This document shows positions 37,626-47,288 of a stretch of 64,000 bases of DNA, piece after piece. A program made the translations under genes and the position numbers. The notes below the pieces were generated by a model. That model did not search any database. It was given only the letters and a program-made list of their open reading frames with translations, and was not told where the DNA came from. The number at the start of each line of letters is the position of its first letter. The stretch's first letter is position 1. The stretch is from a virus, in IMG/VR virus record IMGVR_UViG_3300011113_000675, positions 64,001 to 128,000 of that record. The stretch is one strand, 5' to 3'.

Positions 37626-37982
37626 TTATTTAACGATTATTGGATATTTTATCTCATTCCCTGAGATGTCGATGAAGAGTAAATCGTAATACCCTTTTTT
37701 TTCATTCGAGAGGTCATATGTCTTCTCGGTAGTTTCATTCATTGCAGTAAATCCTTCTTTCTTGATTGGTTCTTCAGACCCGAACGGAAATATCTGAACA
37801 GAGTATTTTGCACCTATTGTGGTGCTAAAAACAATCTGAACTATATTGTCCGATACTGTGACTGATTTAATTGTTGTTGATGTTGAAAGTTGTCCCAAAT
37901 CGATTGAGGTTTCCTCAATGAATGGATCGGTGCAACTATACATCACAAGAAAAAGAAATAATATTGTTAATGTTTTTTTCAT
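37626..37982 (-). CDS. lipoprotein with a small Ig-like domain
   Basis: Lipobox MYSC; C-terminus resembles a T9SS-CTD-like fold (YDLS..KKGYY.L). Confidence 0.55.
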   Translation of the reverse strand: MKKTLTILFLFLVMYSCTDPFIEETSIDLGQLSTSTTIKSVTVSDNIVQIVFSTTIGAKYSVQIFPFGSEEPIKKEGFTAMNETTEKTYDLSNEKKGYYDLLFIDISGNEIKYPIIVK

Positions 37983-37983
37983 T

Positions 37984-40104
37984 TTAGAAGTAGTTATATC
38001 CTGTCAATTTAATTTGTGTGTTATTCAAGTTGATTCCCAACTGAACTCCGTTGTTTCCACTTGCATCCATGTTCGGAGAAACCTTGATTGATGTTAGAAT
38101 ATCAACACCATTTCCGATAGTTGAAAATTTCAATTTGAATGGGGTTGCATTTCCACTTATCGGTGTTTTGTTTTGGTCTAACGAACCAAACTTTACTTTT
38201 CCATCTACAGAGTTCACGAAAACATACCATGTGTTAGGTAGGTTGCTTTGTAATTCTTCGAATTTCAATTTTGTTTGGTCGTAGGTGAATTCGAACTGAA
38301 GACCCCCCAAAGTATTTCCATTTGTGTTTATATTGATTGGGATCTCGATAGTGTTTGTTGTCACCGTCAAATTTGATAGATTTACATCTATCGATGGGAC
38401 ATTATTAGGAGTGTTAATGAACATTCCAAGTGCATCTGTTTTGAATGATGTATTGTTTTTCAAACTATTTGATGCTCTACTTACAACTGATGCAATTCCA
38501 TTGTTACTTACAACAACTTGAGACGAATGAGAACGATTCACATCACCCCAAAGGAGATATTTCAAATACACAAGAGTATTTGACCCTATTGTTCCTGTTT
38601 TAACTAAAACTTTTGGGGTTGTGAAATTCTTCCAATTGGTTGTTGTTATTGAACCCCATGAAATGGATGGGTTAGTATTAAATTCAACTTCAGTTCTGAT
38701 TCCATAATCATTACCATTTATGTTTCTTATGTATGGAAGGAATGTTGTTCCTATAATCGAAGCAAAATCCGATGGAACCTTATATGATGCCCATGTTGCG
38801 TCTTTACTTACAAATTCAACTGGTCCATTGTATAAGTCCAACAACTGTAAACTCTTAATGTCCTCGGGAATAATGTTTGTATTGATAAATTCTCTCATGT
38901 CAATGAGGACTCTTGAAGATGCTTGTCCATAGTTATTTACTGTCAATACAACCCACTCAACCTCTCCTGAAACAGTTCTTGCATCAGTTGAAACCCAAGT
39001 AGGAACATTCATATAACCACCGCTTCCTTGTGTATAACCTTCAGGAACTGTAGTTATATTGTCGATTCCAACGACTTGAGCCAATAATTTTGGTAAGTCA
39101 CCACCATCTATATTTTTGTTTCTATTGATGTCAGCGGCATACAAAGATTGACCTGTATTGATTACAGTTCCTTTACTACCATCAAGACCCATAGTTGTGA
39201 ATTCTGATTGTGCTGAGGTGAAATCAGATACGCTGATTGCTCCATTATATATGGTGTTTAATTTGTCTGATTCGTGTTGAACAGTAACCTCATAAACTTT
39301 ATTTTCAGATAAAAGGGATTGGTTAATATCGACATTCCCATTTGTTAATATTGGGAATGACTGAACAGTATTGGTGACCGTGTCCCTAAATGCAACTTTG
39401 AGACCTGATATGTTGAAAAGGTTCGAATTGACATCAACTTTCGCTGTGACAAGTTTTCCTGTATTTTGATTCAAAATAACATCAGTTGTCAATGGAGTTT
39501 CCATTATTGTAGAAACTTGTTGCCCATTTCCATTCCATCCAGCTGCAAAATTCAACTTTATCGGATTAAATGTTGTTGCCGTAGAAGTTGGTTTTACTCT
39601 GAATCTGATGACCAAGAAATTCTCGTAATTTGTATTATTAACACCAGAATTACTTGCCCAAGTAATCATGGCTCTTATAATGGTATTATTTGAACTTTGG
39701 TTGAAAGTATATCCCGCGGTTTGAAACCTCGTGGTTCCGTTTGTGTTGGTTGAATTTCCAACATATGAATATCCAGGATAATTCTGAAATGATATTTGTG
39801 GGTTTGAATTAACAGGTAAAATTCCTCCACTGCCTACAACTCCAGTGTGATTGATCGTAATTAAATCGAAGTGACTTTTATCATATTCCAAATCAAACAA
39901 TACTTGTTTGATTACGTTGTCACCATTTCCATTGGCAACCACAATAACATTAAACTCATCACCTCTGTCTATGACTTGATTATTCAAATCTGAGATGACC
40001 TTGTCACTTGGAAATTTGAATTTCATATTGGATTGACCAAATGACACAAATGATGTAATCAGTAAAGCAAATAATAGTGTATATCTCATTTTAGTTGTTT
40101 TCAA
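37984..40104 (-). CDS. secreted cohesin/dockerin-like domain protein
   Basis: Signal peptide; N- and C-terminal cohesin-like segments (FDLEYDKSHF; GLQFEFTYDQTKLKF); dockerin/EF-like ADINRNKNIDGGDL and GDVNRSH. Confidence 0.6.
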   Translation of the reverse strand: MKTTKMRYTLLFALLITSFVSFGQSNMKFKFPSDKVISDLNNQVIDRGDEFNVIVVANGNGDNVIKQVLFDLEYDKSHFDLITINHTGVVGSGGILPVNSNPQISFQNYPGYSYVGNSTNTNGTTRFQTAGYTFNQSSNNTIIRAMITWASNSGVNNTNYENFLVIRFRVKPTSTATTFNPIKLNFAAGWNGNGQQVSTIMETPLTTDVILNQNTGKLVTAKVDVNSNLFNISGLKVAFRDTVTNTVQSFPILTNGNVDINQSLLSENKVYEVTVQHESDKLNTIYNGAISVSDFTSAQSEFTTMGLDGSKGTVINTGQSLYAADINRNKNIDGGDLPKLLAQVVGIDNITTVPEGYTQGSGGYMNVPTWVSTDARTVSGEVEWVVLTVNNYGQASSRVLIDMREFINTNIIPEDIKSLQLLDLYNGPVEFVSKDATWASYKVPSDFASIIGTTFLPYIRNINGNDYGIRTEVEFNTNPSISWGSITTTNWKNFTTPKVLVKTGTIGSNTLVYLKYLLWGDVNRSHSSQVVVSNNGIASVVSRASNSLKNNTSFKTDALGMFINTPNNVPSIDVNLSNLTVTTNTIEIPININTNGNTLGGLQFEFTYDQTKLKFEELQSNLPNTWYVFVNSVDGKVKFGSLDQNKTPISGNATPFKLKFSTIGNGVDILTSIKVSPNMDASGNNGVQLGINLNNTQIKLTGYNYF

Positions 40105-40585
40105 ATAATTGATTCACCAAGACACCCGATGCTTTCTTCAAAGCATTACTCAAAGATTGTTGATTGAAGTTTCCTCCATTGTCTACTATCAAGGTCGACA
40201 TGGAAATTTCAGATGACTCTTCTTCTACAACAATTTCTTTGGTTTTTTTCCCATCAACTTTCAAAACACCTTTCAATCGAATTACAACTGACTCCTTATC
40301 CTTGTGGATTACAGAAAAATTTGACTTAGTTTTTAACACATCCAAATACACAATTTCCACAACCAACTTAGTGGATGAGTCAGGATCTAAATCAAAATTT
40401 TGTTCTTGTAAAAACTCCTCAATGATATTTCTGACACCGAATTCTAAATTTCGATTACCAGCAAGATTTCCAATCTGAATCTTGTTAGAAACAGATTCAA
40501 CCCATATAACATCATTGTTTTGTAAGGTGGGGTGAGGCATTGCAAATTGCAAAATGCTCACCAAAAGGAGTATAAGCAAATTCAT
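40091..40585 (-). CDS. exported protein, possibly a distant CsgG/LptE-like fold
   Basis: Signal peptide; NRNLEFGVRNIIEEFL...SNALKKA. Confidence 0.5.
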   Translation of the reverse strand: MNLLILLLVSILQFAMPHPTLQNNDVIWVESVSNKIQIGNLAGNRNLEFGVRNIIEEFLQEQNFDLDPDSSTKLVVEIVYLDVLKTKSNFSVIHKDKESVVIRLKGVLKVDGKKTKEIVVEEESSEISMSTLIVDNGGNFNQQSLSNALKKASGVLVNQLFENN

Positions 40586-40707
40586 TCGATAGTATCTTGG
40601 TTACTATAAATACTCAAAAAAGAGTATTCGGGCCAAAAATTTTATTATTTTATTCTATTAACCCTATCCGTTTTTTTGAATATTTATGAAAATAAACATA
40701 AATTACT

Positions 40708-41535
40708 ATGATACTAAAGAATGGGTCTAAGGGAGAAGACGTTAAAAAACTCCAAGCGAAATTAGGTTTAGTAGCCGACGGGGTTTTCGGGTCTGGAACC
40801 GAAGCAGCGGTAAAAAAATGGCAAGCCGCAAACGGATTAACTGCTGACGGTATTGTTGGCGAAGGAACTTGGACAAAGATGTTCGGAGAAAAACAACTTA
40901 TCACAGAACCATCAACTCCAATAGTTAATGCTGGTCCTTTGAAGTTGGAAAACCTTAAAGGTCACATCCCTGATGCGGTCATTGCTCAGATTCCTGATGC
41001 AGCTAAAAAATTCAACATTTCTAATCCATTACGTTTGGCACACTTCTTGGCTCAGTGTGGTCATGAATCTGCTGGATTCAAAGCGGTTCAAGAAAACTTG
41101 AACTACTCTGCCGATGGTTTGAAAAAAATATTCCCTAAGTATTTCCCTGGTAATCTTGCTGAAGGTTATGCAAGAAACCCTGAGAAGATTGCTTCCAAAG
41201 TTTATGGAGGTAGAATGGGTAATGGAGATGAAACAACCAAAGAAGGTTTCAAATTTAGAGGACGTGGTTACATTCAATTGACAGGAAAAGACAACTATAC
41301 AAAATTTGCGAAATTTATCGGAGAAGATACAGTTGGAAATCCTGACTTAGTTGCAACAAAATATCCTTTAGCATCTGCGGCATTTTTCTTTGATTCCAAC
41401 AAATTATGGGAAATCTGCGATAGAGGAGCGGATGATGCAACAGTAACTGCAGTAACAAAAAGAGTTAATGGTGGTACTATCGGTCTTGCAGATAGAATCA
41501 AACACTTCAAAGAGTACTTTGGATTGTTGAAATAA
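40708..41535 (+). CDS. endolysin: PG-binding domain plus glycoside hydrolase family 19
   Basis: DGVFG..T..AVKKWQ..NGL.ADGIVG; HFLAQCGHES, ENLNYS, FRGRGYIQLTG, VNGGTIGL.DR. Confidence 0.92.
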   Translation: MILKNGSKGEDVKKLQAKLGLVADGVFGSGTEAAVKKWQAANGLTADGIVGEGTWTKMFGEKQLITEPSTPIVNAGPLKLENLKGHIPDAVIAQIPDAAKKFNISNPLRLAHFLAQCGHESAGFKAVQENLNYSADGLKKIFPKYFPGNLAEGYARNPEKIASKVYGGRMGNGDETTKEGFKFRGRGYIQLTGKDNYTKFAKFIGEDTVGNPDLVATKYPLASAAFFFDSNKLWEICDRGADDATVTAVTKRVNGGTIGLADRIKHFKEYFGLLK

Positions 41536-41628
41536 AAGTTGAAAATAAACCTCAACAATTTTAATTATTTATTCTTGTGGGTTTCGCAGAGTAAATTTTT
41601 ATTGTATCTTTGTTGTAAATAAATAACC

Positions 41629-41868
41629 ATGATGACAATGAATATGACTTCCGCAATCAAAGATTTCAAATGGGTATTAAAACTACTCCAATCTTCGAAG
41701 AGTAAAGCACATTTAGACACAACACTTCGGTGTTTCAATCTTTGGGAAAACAAACATACCAAAGATAAACTCACTGAAGCAGATGCTGATGCGGTAAAAC
41801 ATATGAGATATCAATTTTGGTGTTTTTTCAAAAATAAAAATTCAAGATTTGGACTCTTACCAAAGTAA
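41629..41868 (+). CDS. hypothetical protein
   Basis: ORF downstream of a TATCTTTG promoter element. Confidence 0.55.
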   Translation: MMTMNMTSAIKDFKWVLKLLQSSKSKAHLDTTLRCFNLWENKHTKDKLTEADADAVKHMRYQFWCFFKNKNSRFGLLPK

Positions 41869-42035
41869 AAAAATTACTCTGTGCATATCGTGAATCGAAT
41901 TTTTTTGAAAATTTACATATTTATTTACACAATCGCTCACAAAGTGAGTGTTCTCATATATCCCTTTATTTAAGACCCACATTTTTTGGTGGGTCTTATT
42001 TTTTTTACTATATTTGTATATTAAATCTAAAGACT

Positions 42036-42536
42036 ATGAACTGGAAAAACCTAACTTATCCAATCCGAAGAAAATACCAACAAATCAAACGAGTAATCGA
42101 CTTTTTACCGATTATTTGGAATGGATTCGATTTTGATTACACCTATTCAATTCAACTTTTCAAGAAACAACTCGAAAGACAAGCAAAGTATTTCGAGTCG
42201 GGTAAATCATATTCAGAAAGGGCAGACCAAAATGTGTCAAGAATCAGAACCGCAATTCGTTTGATGGATAAAGTTTATGATGAAGAATATTCCACAGAAT
42301 GGCCCGATATACTCAGAGAGAAATACGGAGATGATGTTTTAGATTGGGATTGGGAAGAAACAAGTCAAGGAAGTGGTCTTTCTTATCACAGATGGAAGTT
42401 TGAAACTTGGGATAATGCCGAAGAAATTAGACAAATGAAACTCGACCTGATTAGTAAAGGAGAGGCAAAACAAAAGAACGCCGAAGAATTATTATGGAAA
42501 TTTATAGGGCACAATATTCGTTACTGGTGGGATTGA
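42036..42536 (+). CDS. conserved phage hypothetical protein
   Basis: PIIW..FDFD...ends in WWD. Confidence 0.7.
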   Translation: MNWKNLTYPIRRKYQQIKRVIDFLPIIWNGFDFDYTYSIQLFKKQLERQAKYFESGKSYSERADQNVSRIRTAIRLMDKVYDEEYSTEWPDILREKYGDDVLDWDWEETSQGSGLSYHRWKFETWDNAEEIRQMKLDLISKGEAKQKNAEELLWKFIGHNIRYWWD

Positions 42537-42665
42537 TATGAAAATATATGAAATTTACGGGCAAATCTATCTTTTCCCATTTGTGAAAATAACCCATACC
42601 AAAAAACTCAATGGTGATTTGGAATTCATCATTGGTTGGTTGAAGTGGGAATTGACAATAAAATT

Positions 42666-43346
42666 ATGAAAAAGAAAATAACATTCATCTCTGACACTCA
42701 CAACAAACACAAACACCTTACAAGTAAGGGGATGGGAAATATATTGGGTAGTGGAGATATACTCGTACACGCAGGAGACTGCACAAGTATGGGATATAAA
42801 CATGAAATCGAACAGTTTTTGGAATGGTTTTCAAATACTGATTTCAAACATAAAATTTTCATTGCCGGAAATCACGATTTCGGATTCGAACAACAAACCG
42901 ATATAGCGCAAGTATATAAAGACTTAGGAGTAATCTATTTGTTTGATAATGAAGTTACCATAGATGGAATAAAGTTTTATGGAAGTCCTTGGCAACCTGA
43001 ATTCCACAATTGGGCGTTCAATCTGTCAAGAGGAGAAGAATTGGCAGAAAAATGGGAACAAATTCCAAATGATGTTGATGTTCTAATCACTCACGGACCA
43101 GCTTATGGAATCTTGGATTACGCTCCAATAGGTGGTCATGTTGGTTGTGAAGAATTATATCGCAAGATTGTGGAGGTGAAACCTAAAATTCACGTTTGTG
43201 GTCACATTCACGATGGATATGGGCAAAAAACTATGGGTGGAATTGAATTTCTTAATGCTTCAGTTCTAAACGAAAGATATGAATATGCTCACAAACCAAT
43301 TGTTGTAGAATACGATACTGAAACAAAAGAAATTAATTATATCTAA
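42666..43346 (+). CDS. calcineurin-like metallophosphoesterase
   Basis: ISDTH, HAGD, AGNHD, ITHGP, CGHIH. Confidence 0.9.
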   Translation: MKKKITFISDTHNKHKHLTSKGMGNILGSGDILVHAGDCTSMGYKHEIEQFLEWFSNTDFKHKIFIAGNHDFGFEQQTDIAQVYKDLGVIYLFDNEVTIDGIKFYGSPWQPEFHNWAFNLSRGEELAEKWEQIPNDVDVLITHGPAYGILDYAPIGGHVGCEELYRKIVEVKPKIHVCGHIHDGYGQKTMGGIEFLNASVLNERYEYAHKPIVVEYDTETKEINYI

Positions 43347-43347
43347 A

Positions 43348-43764
43348 ATGAAAAAAATGTATAAGGTCTATTTGGATGATGTCAGAACTCCATTAGATAA
43401 TGATTGGGAAATTGCAAGAAATTATGACCAATTCGTAGAAATAATCCAAAGGTTGGGATTGGAAAATATTGAAGTAATTTCTTTGGACCACGATTTGGAC
43501 GACTCGGCAATTGCGGAATATTACGCCAATGCCAAACCAAATAACACCTTGAACTATGACAACATTTTGGAGAAGACAGGTATGGATTGTTGTAAGTTTT
43601 TGGTTCAGGAAAGTATGGACACTAACATTTCTTTACCTCAAGTTTATGTTCATTCGTCCAATCCACCAGGTAGAGAAAATATGATGGGGTTAATCAACAA
43701 TTATTTGAAAAGTTGCGGATTACCTGAAACCTGTGAAAGAAAAATTGTGAAGTTCAGTGTATAA
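43348..43764 (+). CDS. cyclic-phosphate-processing receiver-domain protein
   Basis: YLDDVR, ISLDHDL, TG.DC, VHSSNPPG motifs. Confidence 0.75.
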   Translation: MKKMYKVYLDDVRTPLDNDWEIARNYDQFVEIIQRLGLENIEVISLDHDLDDSAIAEYYANAKPNNTLNYDNILEKTGMDCCKFLVQESMDTNISLPQVYVHSSNPPGRENMMGLINNYLKSCGLPETCERKIVKFSV

Positions 43765-43788
43765 AAAAAAGATGGAGAAATCCATCTT

Positions 43789-44001
43789 TTATTTTTTTGT
43801 TCGTGTACGTTTTCTCGCTTCCTGAGCCAAATCCCCTAAAGTTTTCTTTTTCTGTTCTGTAGGATGTTTGTATCCTGCCTTGTATTTGAATTCTACAGAT
43901 ACGGGCCCATTTCTATTAATATCCGAATTGTACTTAAAAACAGATATTGATTCCTCATCTTCGAATGTAATCTCCCACTTTGTTGTTCCTGATGTTCTCA
44001 T
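43789..44001 (-). CDS. hypothetical protein
   Basis: ORF after a TATCTTTG element. Confidence 0.6.
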   Translation of the reverse strand: MRTSGTTKWEITFEDEESISVFKYNSDINRNGPVSVEFKYKAGYKHPTEQKKKTLGDLAQEARKRTRTKK

Positions 44002-44064
44002 AGAACAAAGATACTCAACTTTTTCATAAAAAAAACCCCCACTCTTTCGGGTGGGGATTTTTTG

Positions 44065-44316
44065 TTACTCTTCGATTGAGTCTGACTTACCTTTGTTAAT
44101 CCACTTGTCGACAGAACCGATTCCAAAGGAACCAAGAACTAACCACAAGAATGAATTAAAGATAAATTCGTTAATCACAAGATCTTTCCCTAAAGTTCCT
44201 GTTACGATGTCGGCAATAGCGAATCCAGCCATCATTAAGAAAGCTAAGAAACCTACAACACTTTTTTCATTGATTGAGTTGTTGTCATTGAACAACTGAG
44301 ATAAGAATTTTTTCAT
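44065..44316 (-). CDS. small 2-TM protein (holin-like)
   Basis: Two TM helices and a charged C-terminus. Confidence 0.5.
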   Translation of the reverse strand: MKKFLSQLFNDNNSINEKSVVGFLAFLMMAGFAIADIVTGTLGKDLVINEFIFNSFLWLVLGSFGIGSVDKWINKGKSDSIEE

Positions 44317-44373
44317 AGTATTTTGGTAATTTACTTACCAATAAATATCAGAGAAAACCTATAACTTTAGTTG

Positions 44374-45504
44374 TTAGAAATTTTGAGATTGCTTTATTCT
44401 TAAAATAAAATTATCAACTACAGTCTGACACTCTGCCTGAGTAACTAATTGTCCTCCGTTTTTACTCAATAAAGTTTTAATTGTCAAAATATTTTGTGTA
44501 CCTGCACCTGTCGTGTAAAGATATCCTCCACAACCCCCAACATTAGTTGGTTGTGCGAAAGAAGTTACAGTTCCAAATGTCGAGTTCCAATTAGGGTGAC
44601 CTAATAAAATATATAAGTCACAGTGTGATGGATCTCCAGCATTGTAAGTCTCTCGGAAGAATGAGTAGACGGTAAATCCACTTACAGTTGCTCCACTATA
44701 AATTGTTCCACTAGCTAACGTTCCTCCTCCATCAGCTCCTGAATTACCTCCTGTTTGAAATCCAATAGGTAGGTTAGGACCATAAGTTTCATTGTCTCTC
44801 GATCCCAAAACTGTTAGTGGTAAATAGGTTAAACTTTGTGTTCCAGTGTATTGTTGATATCCCAAACTAATGTATCCAAAACTCGTGTCTAAAGTTTGAG
44901 TTGTTGCAGATTGAGTGTAATCAACCGCGAATGGGTATGCTCCTGGATTATAACCTCCAGTACCAACGTATTCAGTGTTTGCAACTATCCATGGTGAAGA
45001 AATATTACCATTATCATACATGTCTCCACCTCCGTCCTCTATGAAATAACTATTACCATCCAATTGATAAGCGTAAAAACTTGGATTCCTGAATTCAGGC
45101 ATGTAATTTCTTAAATATTCTGCTATAGTTTGAAGTTCAGAATACGGTGTTTTTGGAGAATAAGATGTCCAATATCCATTTGCATTCAACCAAGTTGCGG
45201 CGTCTGTACCACCTGTAAAGCTCTGGCCAAATAAACTATTTGTATATTGAACAAAAGAGTTTTCAGTCAATAATGGACTTCTAAAAAAGCCTACAGATGC
45301 AGTCACACCCGATAATGGTGTTGGTTGAGTATTTCCTGAAACCGACTGAGCAATGACGTATCCTAATTCTTCATCGGGTCCATTCCAATACTGTGGACTA
45401 TTGGTAAATCCTGATGTTGGGGCCCCGATTGATAAGTCCCCTATTTGAGATGTTCCTGCAATTGAGGGTCCTGGATTGTATGCGAAAGGTCTTGCTTTTG
45501 CCAT
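44374..45504 (-). CDS. Gly/Thr/Ser-rich probable virion structural protein
   Basis: Composition; N-terminal module ending A.WL.ANGYWTSY; TATTTAT upstream. Confidence 0.55.
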   Translation of the reverse strand: MAKARPFAYNPGPSIAGTSQIGDLSIGAPTSGFTNSPQYWNGPDEELGYVIAQSVSGNTQPTPLSGVTASVGFFRSPLLTENSFVQYTNSLFGQSFTGGTDAATWLNANGYWTSYSPKTPYSELQTIAEYLRNYMPEFRNPSFYAYQLDGNSYFIEDGGGDMYDNGNISSPWIVANTEYVGTGGYNPGAYPFAVDYTQSATTQTLDTSFGYISLGYQQYTGTQSLTYLPLTVLGSRDNETYGPNLPIGFQTGGNSGADGGGTLASGTIYSGATVSGFTVYSFFRETYNAGDPSHCDLYILLGHPNWNSTFGTVTSFAQPTNVGGCGGYLYTTGAGTQNILTIKTLLSKNGGQLVTQAECQTVVDNFILRIKQSQNF

Positions 45505-45533
45505 GATTTTTTAATAATAAATATACAGGCACT

Positions 45534-45560
45534 AAAAAAGGGGACACCGTCGTGTCCCCC
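45534..45560 (-). terminator. intrinsic terminator closing the ncRNA unit
   Basis: GGGGACAC-GACG-GTGTCCCC-TTTTTT on the minus strand. Confidence 0.8.
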
Positions 45561-45825
45561 AATTTTCCCCGTCGAGAAAATGTAGCGTGTCTTGTTGGAT
45601 TAGGCTGATCACAAACCTCAAGGATGGATGGTCCTTTGTTTTATTTATCGTCTCAAAACATCCAATAGTGACGTGTTTAATTCTATCTTTTTCAAGGTCA
45701 AAGATACAGGAAACAACAACTTCTAACCTCCGATACCTGATTTTACGTTTTTCTAATTTATAAAGCGGAGAAGAAATTGTGAAGGTGAGTAAGGGAAAAC
45801 ACCACTATCAAACATTCCGCTATCC
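45561..45825 (-). ncRNA. candidate structured non-coding RNA(s) downstream of the Phe-like tRNA
   Basis: No credible ORF; stems AGCGGA/TCCGCT, TATCTTT/AAAGATA, TTGGAT/ATCCAA enclosing AAGGA/TCCTT and AGGTT/AGCCT. Confidence 0.4.
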
Positions 45826-45828
45826 ATT

Positions 45829-45921
45829 TGGTGGCTGGGAGTGGGTTCGAACCACTGGCTCATCGGTGTTCACCCGATTGCTCTACCATGAATTCCGAAG
45901 AACTCCTGAGCTACCACAACC
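45829..45921 (-). ncRNA. atypical tRNA-Phe(GAA)-like RNA with a UUCG hairpin inserted in the D-loop
   Basis: Bulged acceptor GGTTG(T)GG/CCCAGCC-ACCA; GCTC/GAGC D-stem; ATCGG-GTGAACA-CCGAT; AGTGG-TTCGAAC-CCACT. Confidence 0.7.
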
Positions 45922-45983
45922 ATATTGTTTCTCAGGGTTTGGAACCGAGTATCTTTCATCACCTGTAAGTCCCAAACCCTTTA

Positions 45984-46015
45984 CAAATATAGAAAATTGT
46001 TTTCGGACTGTCAAA
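45984..46015 (-). promoter_or_regulatory. Bacteroidota-type promoter for the ncRNA unit
   Basis: TTTG-N20-TATATTTG on the minus strand. Confidence 0.65.
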
Positions 46016-46142
46016 CTATTTATGAAAAAAAGCCTCCCCTTTTTTGGGGCGTTTAGGACCGTTCCAGTTATGGGACAATTTAAGAGAACGATTCGCTACC
46101 GTTCTCTTTTTTTTGTTGCAACTATTTATAGAAAAAAATAAT

Positions 46143-46280
46143 ATGGCAAAAGGTACAAAGGGTGGATCTTCATCCCAATCTCGTAAAATTTCATTTGGAA
46201 AGAAAAGAACAGGTGTTGCAAAAAAAAGTTATTCCAAATACGAGCAAAAACCTAAAAAATATTTGGGTCAGGGAAGATAA
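46143..46280 (+). CDS. small very basic protein (45 aa)
   Basis: MAKGTKGGSSSQSRKISFGKKR...KYLGQGR; TATTTAT upstream. Confidence 0.6.
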   Translation: MAKGTKGGSSSQSRKISFGKKRTGVAKKSYSKYEQKPKKYLGQGR

Positions 46281-46317
46281 ACCGAGTTTTTTTATTTTTT
46301 TTTAATATATTTTTATC

Positions 46318-46608
46318 ATGTCAGATAAGAAACGTAGATTCTATCGCCTTTTGGAAACCTATATGAATAAGTGTCGAAAAGAAGAGATTGAACTTGTATA
46401 CGGTAAAGACGCAAAAATTAAAATTCACAATTGGACCCATAATGTTAAAGGAGACCAATTTATATTTGAATTAATTGTTGTGTTGGGAAATACGATTAAC
46501 GAATCCGTTATGGACACAGGTCTCGCCGAAGTCTTATTAAAAGATGCTCTACAATATTTTTATCCCGAAGTAACAAAAGTATGTTATATGACAAGATTTG
46601 ATGTCTGA
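46318..46608 (+). CDS. hypothetical protein
   Basis: ORF track. Confidence 0.6.
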   Translation: MSDKKRRFYRLLETYMNKCRKEEIELVYGKDAKIKIHNWTHNVKGDQFIFELIVVLGNTINESVMDTGLAEVLLKDALQYFYPEVTKVCYMTRFDV

Positions 46609-46610
46609 GA

Positions 46611-46895
46611 TTATAGACCTGTAGGATTTTTGGATTGTAAAAATTCAACTTTGACTGTTAGAGCCGCCACTTGTTCTGTAAGTTTCAAAATTGTTGCTCT
46701 CATTTCGTCCTTTTCTCTCGATGAACTTTCTAAAAGTGCTTCTAATTTGGCTATTCTGTCTTTGCAGTCATGTCGGATGAAATCTTCATCTCTTTCTCTT
46801 TTCATTGCTCTTTTTTCATAAAATCTCCAAGCTGAACCTCCACCTAAAACTGTAATCAGAGTCATTACGACCGTCCAAATAGTTTGTGTCTCCAT
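46611..46895 (-). CDS. TM plus coiled-coil protein
   Basis: N-terminal TM helix, LGGGSAWRF, heptad C-terminus. Confidence 0.65.
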   Translation of the reverse strand: METQTIWTVVMTLITVLGGGSAWRFYEKRAMKRERDEDFIRHDCKDRIAKLEALLESSSREKDEMRATILKLTEQVAALTVKVEFLQSKNPTGL

Positions 46896-47039
46896 TTTTG
46901 CACTTTTTGATGATAAATATAAGAGAAAAGATAAATAAATTATTTTTTGAACAAAAAACTTTTAGTCGAAAGGGCAATAATTATTATTCTTATAGAATAA
47001 TAATATAATATTAAAAATATAAAAACTAGTGCACTAGTT

Positions 47040-47288
47040 CTAAGTAAAATCCACACAACACTCAAAACCAAATAATGAATTTAAAAAATTTGTTACGTCC
47101 ATTACTGTGTCGACACCAGTCTCATTTTTTTTCAGTTGTATAAAAAAAGTATGAGAATCTGGAACCCAATCATCTTTGATTTCATCGTGTAGATAAGTTG
47201 GTAATACGACCATGTCCACAACTTCCAAATTTGGGAATGAATTTTTGAGAGCTTTTAAACAAATTTTTTTTAATTTATCTTCGACCAT
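47040..47288 (-). CDS. hypothetical protein
   Basis: ORF track. Confidence 0.55.
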   Translation of the reverse strand: MVEDKLKKICLKALKNSFPNLEVVDMVVLPTYLHDEIKDDWVPDSHTFFIQLKKNETGVDTVMDVTNFLNSLFGFECCVDFT

